Shown here one piece after another: positions 1-13,059 of a stretch of DNA of 64,000 nt. Under the pieces are notes generated by a model. That model made no database searches, was not told where the DNA came from, and saw only the letters and a list, made by a program, of their open reading frames with translations. The stretch lies in the NCBI GenBank assembly GCA_021613535.1, contig CP075492.1, positions 558,001-622,000 of the forward strand. Reading direction: 5' to 3'. The position numbers and the translations under genes are program-made. The stretch is from Adineta vaga. Its lineage: Eukaryota > Animalia > Rotifera. The first letter of the stretch is position 1; each line of letters opens with the position of its first letter.

Positions 1-1125
1 GCATAATGAAGCTAACAACATAAAATATTTTTCAACAACAAGTAACGTTCGGCGTTTCGACTCACTCGGCTCTCGACTGTGAGAAAGACATAAGTATTTT
101 TTTGCATCTACTCATGCTCGAAGACTTGGTCTAGCAGCTGTATCGAAATAAGCAATATAAATCTTTTTATTTAAATTGAATCGTTCAAAAATAGTGTTTG
201 GTCTTTTTTGTGAAATAATTTGAGACAAAAAAAGATTTTTTTATTAAAAGCTTATAATATAATTATAAGTACATATAAAGTTTTACAGACGAGAGATAGA
301 ACGTAATTGTGTTTCTTTATATAATTTATCTAGTCTTTCTATTTCAGCGAGTTGAGATTAGCTTTTTTTTCCCGTTAATAACACTTTGCAGTCGAAATGT
401 CTTCAAATAGCTATATCATTGAAACGTTGCTAAGTAACAGCGGTACATAAATTGCGGCAATATCATCAGTTCGATTTCGTCGTTTTAACCCAAACAGTAA
501 TCGATCGATCCCTTATACTCCATCGGATCCCACAGAAATTCATCGGAAGCAGTCGGAATCTAACAACTTTCGATGAAAGTTGATCATTTTTCCCACTGTA
601 GATCCGATGGTCGGATTGTTCGTCATGGAATAGTAATAGATGACTATACACACTGTAGACACACACCGTTTGAAATATAACTCAATCACATCCATACCCC
701 TACTCATGATTTCACATAACTCCCAGGTGTATATTCCCATTCACACTCTCATCCATATCCACACTCCTCACAAGACATTAGTGTTTTACTATTTATCATT
801 ATCGTCAATTTTAACACAAATTTTATTTGTATGACTTTGATATTATTCATCGATTTTATAATAAAACTGTGATTACTCTAAAAAGAAGACATTTAACTTT
901 AGCAAATTAAGCTCTCAACACAAAAAGAATTACATGTATACTTTATAGACAATGTGCACACTCAGGAACCGAACTTAGCATGGTGTATAGTTATGTACCT
1001 TTTGATCTTGAATACTCCATTGAATTCTATAATTCCATCTTTTTATTGTTTTAAGTTTTATAGTTTTAGATAATGATATCATAAATATGGAAAACATCTT
1101 AACAACAACTTCTAACCAGCTTTAG

Positions 1126-4100
1126 ACAAGCAAAGATATGTCATACAAACACGTCACTATTGTCTGGCTAGGAAAGGATTCAAATAATGAGCCAGAAAAA
1201 TCAATAATTAGTAGAATCAAAGAACAAGTGCAAGAATTGGAAGTGTTTGATGATGCAGATGTGTGTATCGATTATCTCTCATCATTAGAAAATGAAACAG
1301 TGCTTATGATTACATCACACATATTCAGTGAAACAATCATACCACTGATTTCTGAAATACCATCAATTGCTGTAATCTATTTATACTGCGAAATCTGTTT
1401 AGTCTATGAAAATGTGAATAATGAAAGTTCTAACAAAGTGGCTGGTATTTTCGATAATGAAGACCAACTATTATCAGCTGTTCGTTGTTATACAAACGAT
1501 AATGAGTAAGTTCACTATGACTGTGTGAAAAGACTTTCTATTGTAACATCACACATTCACTATTACGTACGGTTTTATTCGCGATGTCTCTGGTAGAGTT
1601 TGGAGTTCTGGATAGTCTTCCATATTTTTCTAACTTTTAGACAGTTCTAAAAATATATGAATCCTCGTCGTCGAAATCCAGATCGCCGATATGCATTTCG
1701 AGGATACGACTTTCGATTGACTAATCATTGATGACATATATTTTCGATTATTTACTTTTTAACAGAACAAACGATTGATACACATCTTTAATAACGTACT
1801 TTCTCTATATCTGTTTATATATTCATGTGTGGATACAAATGAGAGCAAGCATACTGATAGCTAAAAAGAACGGTTAATGAAAAGGGTATTCAATGTGTCT
1901 ATAATTAAAAAAAGTTTGATGATATTCATTTCGACAATCTGTGATTTCGACGCAGTTTTCGACCATAACAATTTTCTATCAGGGTTATAATCCATCCTCA
2001 CAAAAGTTTCATGATGCACCTAGTCACATTATATTTTGATTTGTAATTTTTTTCTAAATGGGACTTCTATTCAGTATAAAGCGAATGAATTTTAATTTTC
2101 TCTTAGAACAGCCAGCAGATTTTTTCCTAATATCGTCTGGTTTGGAAAAAGCACACATAATGAGCAAGAAAAATTAATAATTAGTAGAATCAAAGAACAA
2201 GTGCAAGAATTGGAAGTGTTTGATGATGCAGATGTGTGCATCGATTACATCTCATCGTTAGAAGATGAAACAATACTTCTTATTACATCACACATATTCA
2301 GTGAAACAATCATAACACTGATTTCTGAAATACCATCAATTGCTGCAATCTATTTATACTGCGAAATCTGTTTAACATATAATTCTATCAATGATGGAAG
2401 TTCTAACAAAGTGGCTGGTATTTTCAATACTGAAGATCAACTATCATTAGCTGTTCGTCATTATATAAACGACAATGAGTAAGTTCACTATGACTGTATG
2501 CAAAGATGCTATAAGTCACAAAACTTTTCATGATATAATTGTTTACTAAAGAATTTGTCCACATTGTTATTTAGATACCTCATTGAAAATAACTCACTCT
2601 AAAATTGTTCTTCGTATTAGTAGATAACTGAGTATTTATAGACATTGTAAAGTTCCTTTGCGCATGTAGTATAACAAAAGCACTAGCAGTAACACATTAT
2701 TCTCGTATAATATACGTTAAAAAGCTTTATTTTAATTGTACCTCTAACAGACAAGAAAATATTCCATCTCGCTATGCTATGTGACTGTATCTCATACAAT
2801 ATATTAAGAATGAATTCATAGTGCGGTTAGGTTGGGCACAGTTCGTGATAGTCGTGATCAATACACTGTGTTGAGCATGCTTGAAGTCACTTGTCAATAA
2901 TCGTAATATGATTAAATACTGCAACACTGGACCAAAGTTGGAAATTAACTTTTCACTTAGTTATAGCTTTTACTAAGCAATTCTTAATGAAAGTAAAAGT
3001 GGTTTCCCGTTAAATATTAGTCATCTGAATATTTACTATATCAGTTTAATTTATATTAACGTACTGCTTTATATATCTCCTTTTATTTGATAGAACAAGT
3101 GCTAATTGCAGTTCGATTATACAACAAAAAATGTATACTGCATCGGAGAGCTCATCCAATGGTCCAGAAATCAAATTCTCAATTGTTGATGACGGATTCG
3201 TAGGTTTTTATAAAATGTTTTTTGACATATCTTTAAAATTTGATTCGAGTACGACTTACAATAATGCCATTGACAAATATTTAAATATCCGCGATTTTGA
3301 ATTTATATGGCTTGACACTTCTTTATACGAATTAGATATTGTGTTCCAAAATTTTACTTACAAATCATGGATTATCTATCAGAATGCTGTCAAATGTTTT
3401 ACTTATATATCACAAAATTATCGCAAAATATTATTTTTAGTAACTTCGGCAAGTTCAGCAGAAATACTTTTCAGTTTGTTGGAAGTTAAAGAATGTACTT
3501 CATTACACATGTATGTTTACGGTTCTAGAACAGATATTAGTTCTCGTTCAAATTGGATGAAAGTCTTCGCGAATAATATACGTGGACTATATTGTAATAC
3601 AGATGATTTAGCTCAGCAACTGGCAGCTGATGTTATTAAATTTTACATTGAAGTTGCCAACTTAGCGTTTACTCTTCGTGAGGAACTACATACGTTAGCA
3701 GCAGTATGTTACAAAAAATCATTAGATTTACTCGAGATATATTCTAACGATACATCATTGCAGTCAACAATATATGAAAAACTTATGGTGAGTGTTTTAT
3801 TAGAAATAGTGATAATTCATTACATGATGAAGACTTTATTTTGAATTTTGTCTCTAACCATATTCGTTTCTTATTTAAGAAAATCAAGCGATCTTGTTAG
3901 AGTGTAAGATCAGTTATTCTTATATGTAAATGAGATTGAACCACTAGCTCTTTGACATATTGAAAAAGTATTCGTTCTATATAGGATCTACCAAAAAGAG
4001 AAATTGAGAAGTGATAGTATTTTACGAATTCTATTTTATTTTCCTTAAAGTTAACCATCGAAGGATTTCACGAGTAATTTAATGATTATATTTGTTTTTT

Positions 4101-7100
4101 AATTTTTGAGAGATCTATCATATCTTATGAAATTTTAAACAGTTTAAACTAGTGGCGTAACCAGGGGGGGGCAGGGGAGGCTCAGCCCTCCCATCAAGCC
4201 CCCCCCCCCCCTCCGAAGACTTTATGGGGCTGAGTCCCCCCACCAGTAAAATCCTGGTTACGCCACTAGTTTAAACAGCATTTGAATTATTTTTGAGTTT
4301 TGAAATTCCGAGCCTTCGTCAATTTATTCTTTAGTCAAATTATCTGTGTATGAATTGAAGAAGATTATCACATGATAGCTACTATTCTGTATTTTCATTT
4401 AATGTAAATATATTTATTTGACTGATTACTAATAAAATAAAATAGAGAAAAATTAATTTTTCACTTCAATAATACTTTTCTGTATGGAGAGGACATTTCT
4501 TTCATTGATTGATCTCTAATGAAAGGTGCATTTTTGAAAAAGCTCTTAAAATTCTCCTCATAAAAACAATTGTTCCTTTAAAATATACAAGTATTTCCAC
4601 AAAATGATAAAAATATATGCTACCCAACGGTACGTTTTTACCACTCAATGTGTATTATGCTATCATGCTATAGATTTCAACTCTAAACAGAAATTAATAC
4701 AATATTACTAAAAACACTGAATAAGAATCAGAAAAGCTGTGAGGTAAAATCTATGTTTTTACTTTTGTGATAATAATTGTATTTTGAATGGTGTTTTTTT
4801 TAATAGTTTTTGTATTTATAGGCAATTATCGTTACATTACCGATGTATAAAGATCAGACTTCAACTTCAGAACATGAACCAAAGGAGAAGGCTGAAAAAG
4901 AGTCATTCACGTTGCCTGGATTCCATAAATTCTGGGATAGTATATCAGGAAAGGAACCAGATTTCGACGAATACATACAAAGATGCCCACCAATAGATGT
5001 AATGAATCAACTTGATTCTACGTTCATTTGGTTGGACGGCCAGTCACAAGACTCTTATGTAAAATTGTTTGATGAGTTGATATCACCAAAAAAATGGTTG
5101 CGGCAGGAAAGTGTTACTGAATATATGAATTATATCATAGACGCTGATGATAATCAACTTAATTTTATTTTAATGTCTCATAACATTTCAGAATCATTTT
5201 TTGAGTTGTTCAATGAATATTTAAGAGCATGTATAATTTTGATTTACAATAATGACGAACAAATCTATATGGATCACGAAAATTCCTATTCTATATCAGC
5301 GTCAACTTCATCAACAATTATTCGCTGTAATAATCTTCAGACAGCAAGAATTGGTGTATTAATTATGATTGCCGCGCGTTTGAAAGGATTCGGAAATAAG
5401 TGTGCCTTGGAATTCCAAAGAAAAAGATTAGCAAAAGAATATTATCGCAAAGCACTTGAGAAGCTGAATTCTGTTGGCGACTTTTCGGTACAAAAGTATA
5501 TTGAAGAAATACTCGAGAAGCTAAATGTGAGTATTATCACTAAATTAACATATATCTAGTAGAGTCAGTGTAAAAGGTAGCCTAAAAACAAAATGATTTT
5601 GCTCGTGAAGTAAAATGATGTTTCGATTTCTTTAAAAATCTTTTGAAAAGCCAGGAAACCAATATTTAACATTAAATATGGTAATTCCTACACAGTCTGA
5701 TTTTCTATAGTTATTATTTATGATACGAAGATCTTTATTGCGGTAGCTCGTCAAGAATTCTTGACATTCAATATCCATAAATTTCATAGATCGTTTACAG
5801 TCAAAGTTTGATTAGTGTTGACAAGAATAAAGTGATTAATTTCGAAAGATACATGATTAAATTATAAATACGAATTGTATTTTTTAGACACCGATTTATC
5901 CAATAAAAGAGATATATGGCGTCGAACAAGTCACCACAGAAAGTCACTTATTGTATATAAAGGTTTTTGGTGCTAGTTTCTTACAGCAGAAAACGTTTTT
6001 TCATAAAGAATGGTATGACAGAATATATCATTACTAAATCGAGAAAGCCACTAAATATTTTTCGCGTTCTTAACCTTAGTACTCTGTTCGCCAAAGTTTC
6101 TTTACAAACATGGGGAACTGAACAATATCAAGATTGGAGTGAAATTATAGATTCAGCTTATACTCAAGATCAAATCAATACAATGGATCCTATGTGGAAT
6201 GAAGGTTTTCTCTTTAGAGTAAGTGATTTTGAATTAAACATCTACCAATAAAGAAAAATTTGTTATATTTTGGAATTCACACAGGTATATCCTACGAAGC
6301 AACGTTTATTGATAGAAATATATAATGTGGACAGATATTTTGTGAGTATCAAATCGTATCTAATATATACGAACCAAAGAATAACGTAGCTAGATTATAC
6401 ACTTATTAGATAGTTCAGGTTGCATGACATCATAGTTTTTAGTCAATTATAACTTTGCTCAGTTTATTGCGGAATATTATCAATATTATTTAGGAAGAGC
6501 AAGTTGTTAGTGTATGTTTGATTGAACTGAATACCGAAATACCGACAGAATCAACAACTAACGTCATTCGGAAGAGAAGATATCAACTATATGAAAATAG
6601 GTGAGTAGATAGAGTAAGTTTGACAACTAGTGTTTTGATGTATTGTTCTAATTCCTTTGTAGTGCGGAATTTCGTGTAACGGGTTTAGCTACTATTGGAC
6701 TATTATATATCAATTCATCTAATTTCAACCTTCAGGTAAAGAATCAAGATCATAGGATATATTACCAACATATTCGTTCTTGTATTTTTATTAATAGGAG
6801 GAAGGTTCTGAAATGGAGAAGGCAATAGTATCATACAGAGTCTACAATAATTGGATAAGGGGTGGCTTTGGAGCAGTATTCGACAGGCCAGGAATAATGA
6901 GCGGAAATCACAAGTAATATATACTCTATTGTACTGCTACGCAACTTCGTCTATTCCATACTCTGAAATAACATATTTAGCAGATATTATAGAAGAATAA
7001 TGAGACGTTTAAAAGTATTTCTGACATTATTTTTATTATGACATAGAAAATGGTGAAACATAATATAAAGTATCTTCTTGATCGTCCACAAAGAGATCTC

Positions 7101-9184
7101 AAATTTATAATATATAGTTTATAATACGATTTTTGTCTAGTATGTTCTTTGACGAATCTTGTACGATTCTGTTTGCTGATGAAAACAATATACCAGATGA
7201 CATCGAAGAGATAACAGTGGTTCTATTATCGGATCGTTTCAATTGCAGTGTTGAATCACATGCGCTTATTTATGAAATAAAAATGATGAATTGTCATTTA
7301 GAAGTTTTTAACAGTATAGGTGATTTTAAAAACTATTTATATGCAGTTAATAATGAAAAATTGATCTTGATTGTATCCGATTATTTTTCTGAGCTTATTT
7401 TTGGCTTTATCGACGATTTATCTGCAATACAATACATTTATATTTTAACCACAGAAAATAGAACTCATTATCATGCCTCATGGATTACAAATTATTCCAA
7501 TATACGTGGCGTGTTTGATAACATTCAACTTTTAATATCACAAATCAAACAAGATATGAGCATGCTAGTAGAAAATAAGGAACATTCCAATATCTTCGAA
7601 TCTATTACTCAAATAAATATGGCTACAACACGAAGTATTTATGCCAAACAATTACAATCCAAATGTTTTCATTTATTACTTCAAATTTTGGTACAGACAA
7701 CTCCAGAAGCACACACTGCTAAGAAAAGAATAGCACAGTACTCTAGAGCAGCTAATTCATGTGGTGAGTTTAATCAGGATAACGAAAGACATTTAGAATT
7801 GGTAGATGAATTTGAAAATGACTATACTGCTAATGCCGCACTTCGATGGTATACACGTGAATCATTTGTCTATCGTTTACTCAATAAAATACTTCGCACT
7901 AATAATGTGGACGCAATATTAGATTTTGGATTCTATATTGCTGATCTTCATAATGGACTCAAGCAGTTATGCTCAATACAAAGTGAGAATTCAGCTGATA
8001 TGCACGTCTACCGTGGACAGTATATAAAGCCTGATGAGTTGAGAAAAATACAATTAAATGTCGGTGGTGTTATAGCAATAAATACATTTTTCTCCGCTTC
8101 TAGTAAACTCGATGTAGCGGTTGCTAACAGCGGAGTAGGATCACAAAGACCACTCTTCGAATCCGTTTTGTTCGATATTCAAATAAATAAAGACGACGCC
8201 AAATTTCACATATTCGCAAAGATTTCAAAAGAGAGTAAATATGAAAACGAAGATGAAACACTATTCACCTTTGGTACATCGTTTCATGTCAATTCAATTT
8301 TCTTCTCTAATGACAATGATGTATGGATAATAAAATTAACAATGGCCAATCGCAAAGAGCAACATTTGAATGATAGATTTGATGTTGTTCTGTTACATTT
8401 GGTGGATATTTTACGTCATATTTCATCTAGAACGCATACAATTGATCAAAAGATGCTTAAAAGATGTCGACAGTATTGTGCGAATAATGAAGTTGAACTG
8501 AAAAAACTTGATGTATTTGAAGCGAACTACCGTAGCGATGACGCAATTCGTTGGTACACAAAAGATTCTATACTTTTCCGGCTTCTCAATCGTGCGCTTC
8601 GATCGGAAGATGCCGAAATTGTCTTGGATTTTCGATGCTTTATTTTGGACCTCTATCATCAGCTCGACAGAATACATACAGACTTTGATCGACATACTTT
8701 AAATTCACAGAGTTATATCGTTTATCGAGGTCAGCAAGTTACTATAAAGGAAATCAATCGACTGAAGAGAAATATTAATGGATATATTGTCATCAAAACA
8801 TTTCTTTCTACTTCACTTTCAGAAGCAGTGGCTAAGATATTCGTCGGGGAGAGAATACAGAGGCCTGTTCCTGAAGAATCACTATTGTTTATTATTGACG
8901 TCAGTGCACAAATTCAGTGTCATAATACCGAAAAACCATTCGGTCATATCCGACAATATAGTCACATGGAAGATGAAGAGGAAGTCCTATTTATTCCAGG
9001 AACAATATTCCGCTTGAATGCTATTACAAAGTCTGCAAACGAACTTTGGACTGCTCATTTAACATTATATACTGGTAATGATGAAGAATTGAATAAACTA
9101 AATAACTATCAAAAACTAATTTTATCGTTAGCAAAACGTAGACAAATAAAGATAACTACTACAAACAATCAACTTGATCAATAA
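1126..9184 (+). CDS. Predicted single spliced gene: 2 receiver-like modules, 2 diverged receiver-like/helical modules, NEDD4-type C2 domain, receiver-like module, tandem R-S-E mono-ADP-ribosyltransferase domains
   Basis: Phase-compatible GT-AG exons: 1126-1505, 2107-2478, 3094-3787, 4822-5526, 5888-6012, 6080-6218, 6285-6341, 6494-6600, 6663-6735, 6798-6913, (possible mini-exons 6981-7014, 7047-7069), 7141-9184. The first four track ORFs each run through a GTAAGT/GTGAGT donor shortly before their stop. True 5' end uncertain. Confidence 0.6.
4150..4268. mobile_element. 119-bp hAT-type MITE in an intron
   Basis: Perfect 16-bp TIR TAGTGGCGTAACCAGG / CCTGGTTACGCCACTA; 8-bp TSD GTTTAAAC at 4142-4149 and 4269-4276. 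Confidence 0.92.
5888..6735 (+). CDS. NEDD4-like C2 domain split over 5 small exons (not resolved by the ORF track)
   Basis: Spliced translation LLYIKVFGASFLQQKTFF...FAKVSLQ...EIIDSAYTQDQINTMDPMWNEGFLFRVYPTKQRLLIEIYNVDR...CLIELNTEIPTE...RYQLYENSAEFRVTGLATIGLLYI aligns by eye with the NEDD4 C2 pattern (TLNPKWNEEFFFRVNP..HRLLFEVFDENR). Confidence 0.75.
7141..9184 (+). CDS. Terminal exon with two tandem ARTC/C3-like (R-S-E) ADP-ribosyltransferase domains
   Basis: Domain 1: WYTRESFVYRLLNKILR...VYRGQ...FFSASS...ENEDETLF. Domain 2: WYTKDSILFRLLNRALR...VYRGQ...FLSTS...EDEEEVLF. Both keep R, SxS and ExE. Confidence 0.9.
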
Positions 9185-9807
9185 TGTGACTATAATATAA
9201 TAACAACTTTCTTATTATATTGTACTGAAATCAGAATATAAAAAAATAAAGAATGAATCTAAGTTTGTGTCTGAGTGCTGGTACGGGGTGGACGAAAATG
9301 AAGAATAGATACTTATATTTACATCTGTGGTTACCCTCACCCAACCTCAATATGATTTGTTCACGGATGTTTGTAGTTTTCTTTATTCATTTCTTTGTAT
9401 TTCAATATATATTTTGAATTAACACGATGCCTTTCATCGGCTAAATAATATACAAATGATTCCTAATTGAACAGAAATAATAAAAATTATAAAAAATCAA
9501 TTTAATCAAGGTATCAATAAGCAGAGAGTCAACCGCTTGTTGTTCAATGGTCCTTCGATACGATATGCACATCATACACTTCCGTCAGCTTACCATTGGC
9601 GCTGCCATTAGTAACAACTATAATCAAATATACCTAATGTCATTTTGTGCAATTACTTTTCATACTACTTCTCTCGTTTCGTTTCTTTTCTTCTGTTTTT
9701 TCTCAGTAATACTTACATTAATTGAATTGCACATATTCTTCCGTCAATAATATACATTAATAAGTATTTTCAACACAAAATTTCTTGAAGGAAATAAGTT
9801 AAAGACA

Positions 9808-10623
9808 ATGGAAGAATCATCTACTTTAACATGGAAAACAAAGATTCTTAATACTTTGAAAACTCTCAATTTATTTGAATCAGAAGAAAGTGATATTGAA
9901 ACTGTTCGTTATCAACGATGGTCTACACGATTATATATCGTTCTTTTTTCTTCGTTTATGATGATTCTTATCATTTATGGTATGTTTACATCACGTACTA
10001 TTACTCAACCACTCGAAGATGACTTTCAAAAACTTTATAAATCATATTCTGAGACACTTTAATGTCCATGTTCACGAGTTGCTATACAATATAGTAAAAT
10101 TATTAATTCTAAAATTATCTTTTATGAAGTTTGTTCAAGTAAATATATTACTCAAGAATATATTAATTCAGTTTATAATGCAAATGTTTCATTTATTTCA
10201 TTTATTGATATTCGGACAACTATAAGTTCTTTTTGTAATATATCGAAAAATACTTGGAAGGATGCTTACAATAATTTTAATACAACTCTTTTAATTAGTT
10301 CTGTAGTAGAATCACCATTATTAATAGAAACACGGGTTAATAATTTACTTAATTTCTCACTTGCTTTTGCAGTAAATACTTTTGAAGATCGATGTTCTTG
10401 TTCAAATACTGATGGTTGTCTTCGATCAATTGTTATGTTTAGATCTAATAAAATATCAGATGTACCCGATATAATGTTTAATTGTTTGTCTTTACTTCAA
10501 CAATATTTATCAATCAATGAAAAACTACAACCATTGAATGCATCAACTCACTTCATATAAAATATAACAATAGAAACACTTATTAATGAATTAATGATTA
10601 AAAAATTAACAACAAACGTTTCA
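9808..10623 (+). pseudogene. Decayed, 3'-truncated member of a Cys-rich membrane protein family (LNLF...STRLY...CPCS...CSS)
   Basis: In-frame TAA just before CPCS (10060-10062); large internal deletions relative to the 60.3-61.9 kb paralog; ends abruptly at a (TGGGTG)n tract at 10624. Confidence 0.75.
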
Positions 10624-11004
10624 TGGGTGTGGGTGTGGGTGTGTTTGAACAAATAAATACCATAACCAGTTTCAACTTATTTTCATAAGTCGATCATCAG
10701 ATGGTATAAGAAATCTACATGGTTAAGATTAAATTCAAAATTAAATTAAAACGACTATTTCCCAGAAAGAGAAATAATCTCTCAATATTAATTTCAAATT
10801 AAATCTAATATGAAGTAGATAATTTAAATGATTCAAAGGGTGAGTTTGAACAAATAAATACCATAACCAGTTTCAACTTATTTTCATAAGTGGGTGTGGG
10901 TGTGTTCCCTCAGAGGGTACATAGCATGTTGAGGGTGCGGGTGAGAGTGTTGCCTCGATCTTGAGGGTGAGATTTTGATCATCTTGAGGGTGTGGTTGAG
11001 GGTG
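10624..11004 (+). repeat. Interstitial telomere-like repeat cluster containing a 47-bp direct duplication
   Basis: (TGGGTG)3 at 10624-10643; exact direct repeat 10644-10690 = 10845-10891; further GGGTGT/GGGTGA tracts and TCTTGAGGGTG units at 10890-11004. Confidence 0.85.
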
Positions 11005-11214
11005 AAACTACACTTGAATCGATTGATTGATTCTTTTCATTTCTTGAATTATTTCTGAACAAAATGGCAATCTCTTTTAGCAAGATTTGAATGATTTCTT
11101 ATCAATATTGAAGGTTCTTCTATCTTCTCAGTCTCTCTCTCTCGCTCTCCCTGTCTCTGTCTCTTCTTCCCCGTCCCCCGTCCCCCTAACGCTCAGCTGG
11201 CCCTTCGGGCCATG

Positions 11215-11295
11215 CTTGAGGGTGTGGGTGTGGGTGTGGGTGTAGAGGGTGTTAAAGAGCAGACACCCACGCCCACACCCATCCACACCCTCAAG
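11215..11295. repeat. Best-preserved copy of the inverted telomere-like palindrome
   Basis: CTTGAGGGTGTGGGTGTGGGTGTGGGTGT...spacer...ACACCCACGCCCACACCCATCCACACCCTCAAG; ATG on both flanks. Confidence 0.9.
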
Positions 11296-13059
11296 ATGGT
11301 TCAGTCTTCATTTATACACTGACTCGAGTCAGACAACTCATATTCATACGATGCTGATACCGTCGATCTCTGTATGAAAATAAATACGTATATGTACATA
11401 AGAATTAGTTTTTATTTCACTAGAATACTTATGTAATAAGGAAACTATGTGTCGTTTCAATATCATAATAGTGTAACTAAAAGTTGAGTATTATTTCTGC
11501 TGTTTATTATAATATCAAGATAGACTGTTTATAAGTATGTTATTGTATATGTTAATGATAGTTCGCTTCTGTATCATCAACAATCAGTTGAGTATTATGA
11601 TCAATCACATAACCAACTAAACGAAGACAATCAACTTCATATTTCAATGTTTCTTACACATGACAACGCCAAACAGAATCTACCTAAATAAAAAGAAATA
11701 TGACGAAAATTTCTTTAAATATGCGCTTGTTACTGCATAAGCGGATATAAGGGTGAGGATGAGGGTGTGTATTCTTATTTATACTCACACTATCGTACTC
11801 AACTATGCATGAAAGAAAAGAGCGACAACAGAAAATAAGTTTAACTATATGATTATTTTGTAATAAAGTTAATTATGATGGATTCGATCGATTTTCGAAA
11901 AAATCATCTCATGCGAAAAACTACATATGACACCAATTCTCATTGGTTCATTTTCCAGTTCCAATGATTCCAATTCCGTGTAAGAGAATTTGGAAAAATC
12001 GGATATCGATTCGGTTTTCGATTCCGTTTTTTTTAACCGTCCAGGTTCTATTGATACATCTCGTATCAGAAATCTCAGGTGGTTTTTGTATAAAAGTATG
12101 ATTTCGAAAGAATTATCTGTGGTATCGCAAAAAACATAGTGGCAGACCATTTCTAAAATGTCGCGATAACTTATTGACGTATCAAGTCATTTACGCGATG
12201 AGAAGAAACGACAACAAATCTTCTTCCTGTCTAAGAGTTCAAATTGAACTGATTGTTTGAGAGTCATTTCATCGTCATTCTATATTTTGTTTTTTTTGTG
12301 CGTTCAACAAATGAGAGTATTATATTAAACTTTTACGTTTAAAGATAAATTCTAATTACTTCTTCCTGTTAGTATGAACACTTCCAAAGATGTCATTGTA
12401 ATTTTTCTTATACACGTCTAACACATGTACGTATATCGTTTTCTTTCGTACACAGCACGACATTTGTTCTTATTCACTTCTCTCTCTCTCTCTTATATCT
12501 ATACGTGTGTTTTCTGTTCTTATTTTTTCGTTCATAATAATCGGAATTCACAACATCTTATCATTCATACAAACTTACAGATTTAATAATCATTTAGGGT
12601 CTTAACATGCAGCATGAAGACTCAGCCTCAGTGTTCTGATATAAACGATCTATAACATCCGTACCTCATTTATTTCATTTATTCCTGCTGTTATATATAC
12701 ATGTTAGGAATAAAGTTCTAGTCAGTTATATCGAGACGATGACGACAAACGAACCAATACGTCTATATTCTTAAATTTCTGGTTACATCGTTACTGTGTA
12801 CATCATCAATATTTTTCTCTTTGGGTTACCTATTCATCTCATGTATCGATATCAATCTGTATATGATTACTTCTAATGACAAAAGCTTATGTTACAAAAA
12901 TATCAGTAAAATAATTTCATAATCCTTGAATAAAAATAAAACTAATAAGTAAGATGATCATTTCATTGAAAATATTTTCTATAAAATAATTCAATAAGGT
13001 TAAATACAATGAGTAAGTAGAGATCTCGTTTATTTCGAAATAAAAAAATCTCTCGATCG

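Noticed and set aside
40-130. Possible minus-strand hammerhead (GAGTCGAAACGCC)
   Set aside because: No CTGANGA core or NUH site at the right spacing.
11193-11220. GC hairpin TGGCCCTTCGGGCCA after a (CT)n tract, resembling a terminator or Helitron end
   Set aside because: Eukaryotic context and no CTRR end or matching 5' end; cannot be assigned.
11869-12150. 93-aa minus-strand ORF
   Set aside because: Falls in a GATTCC/TTCGAT-rich degenerate repeat; no protein motif.
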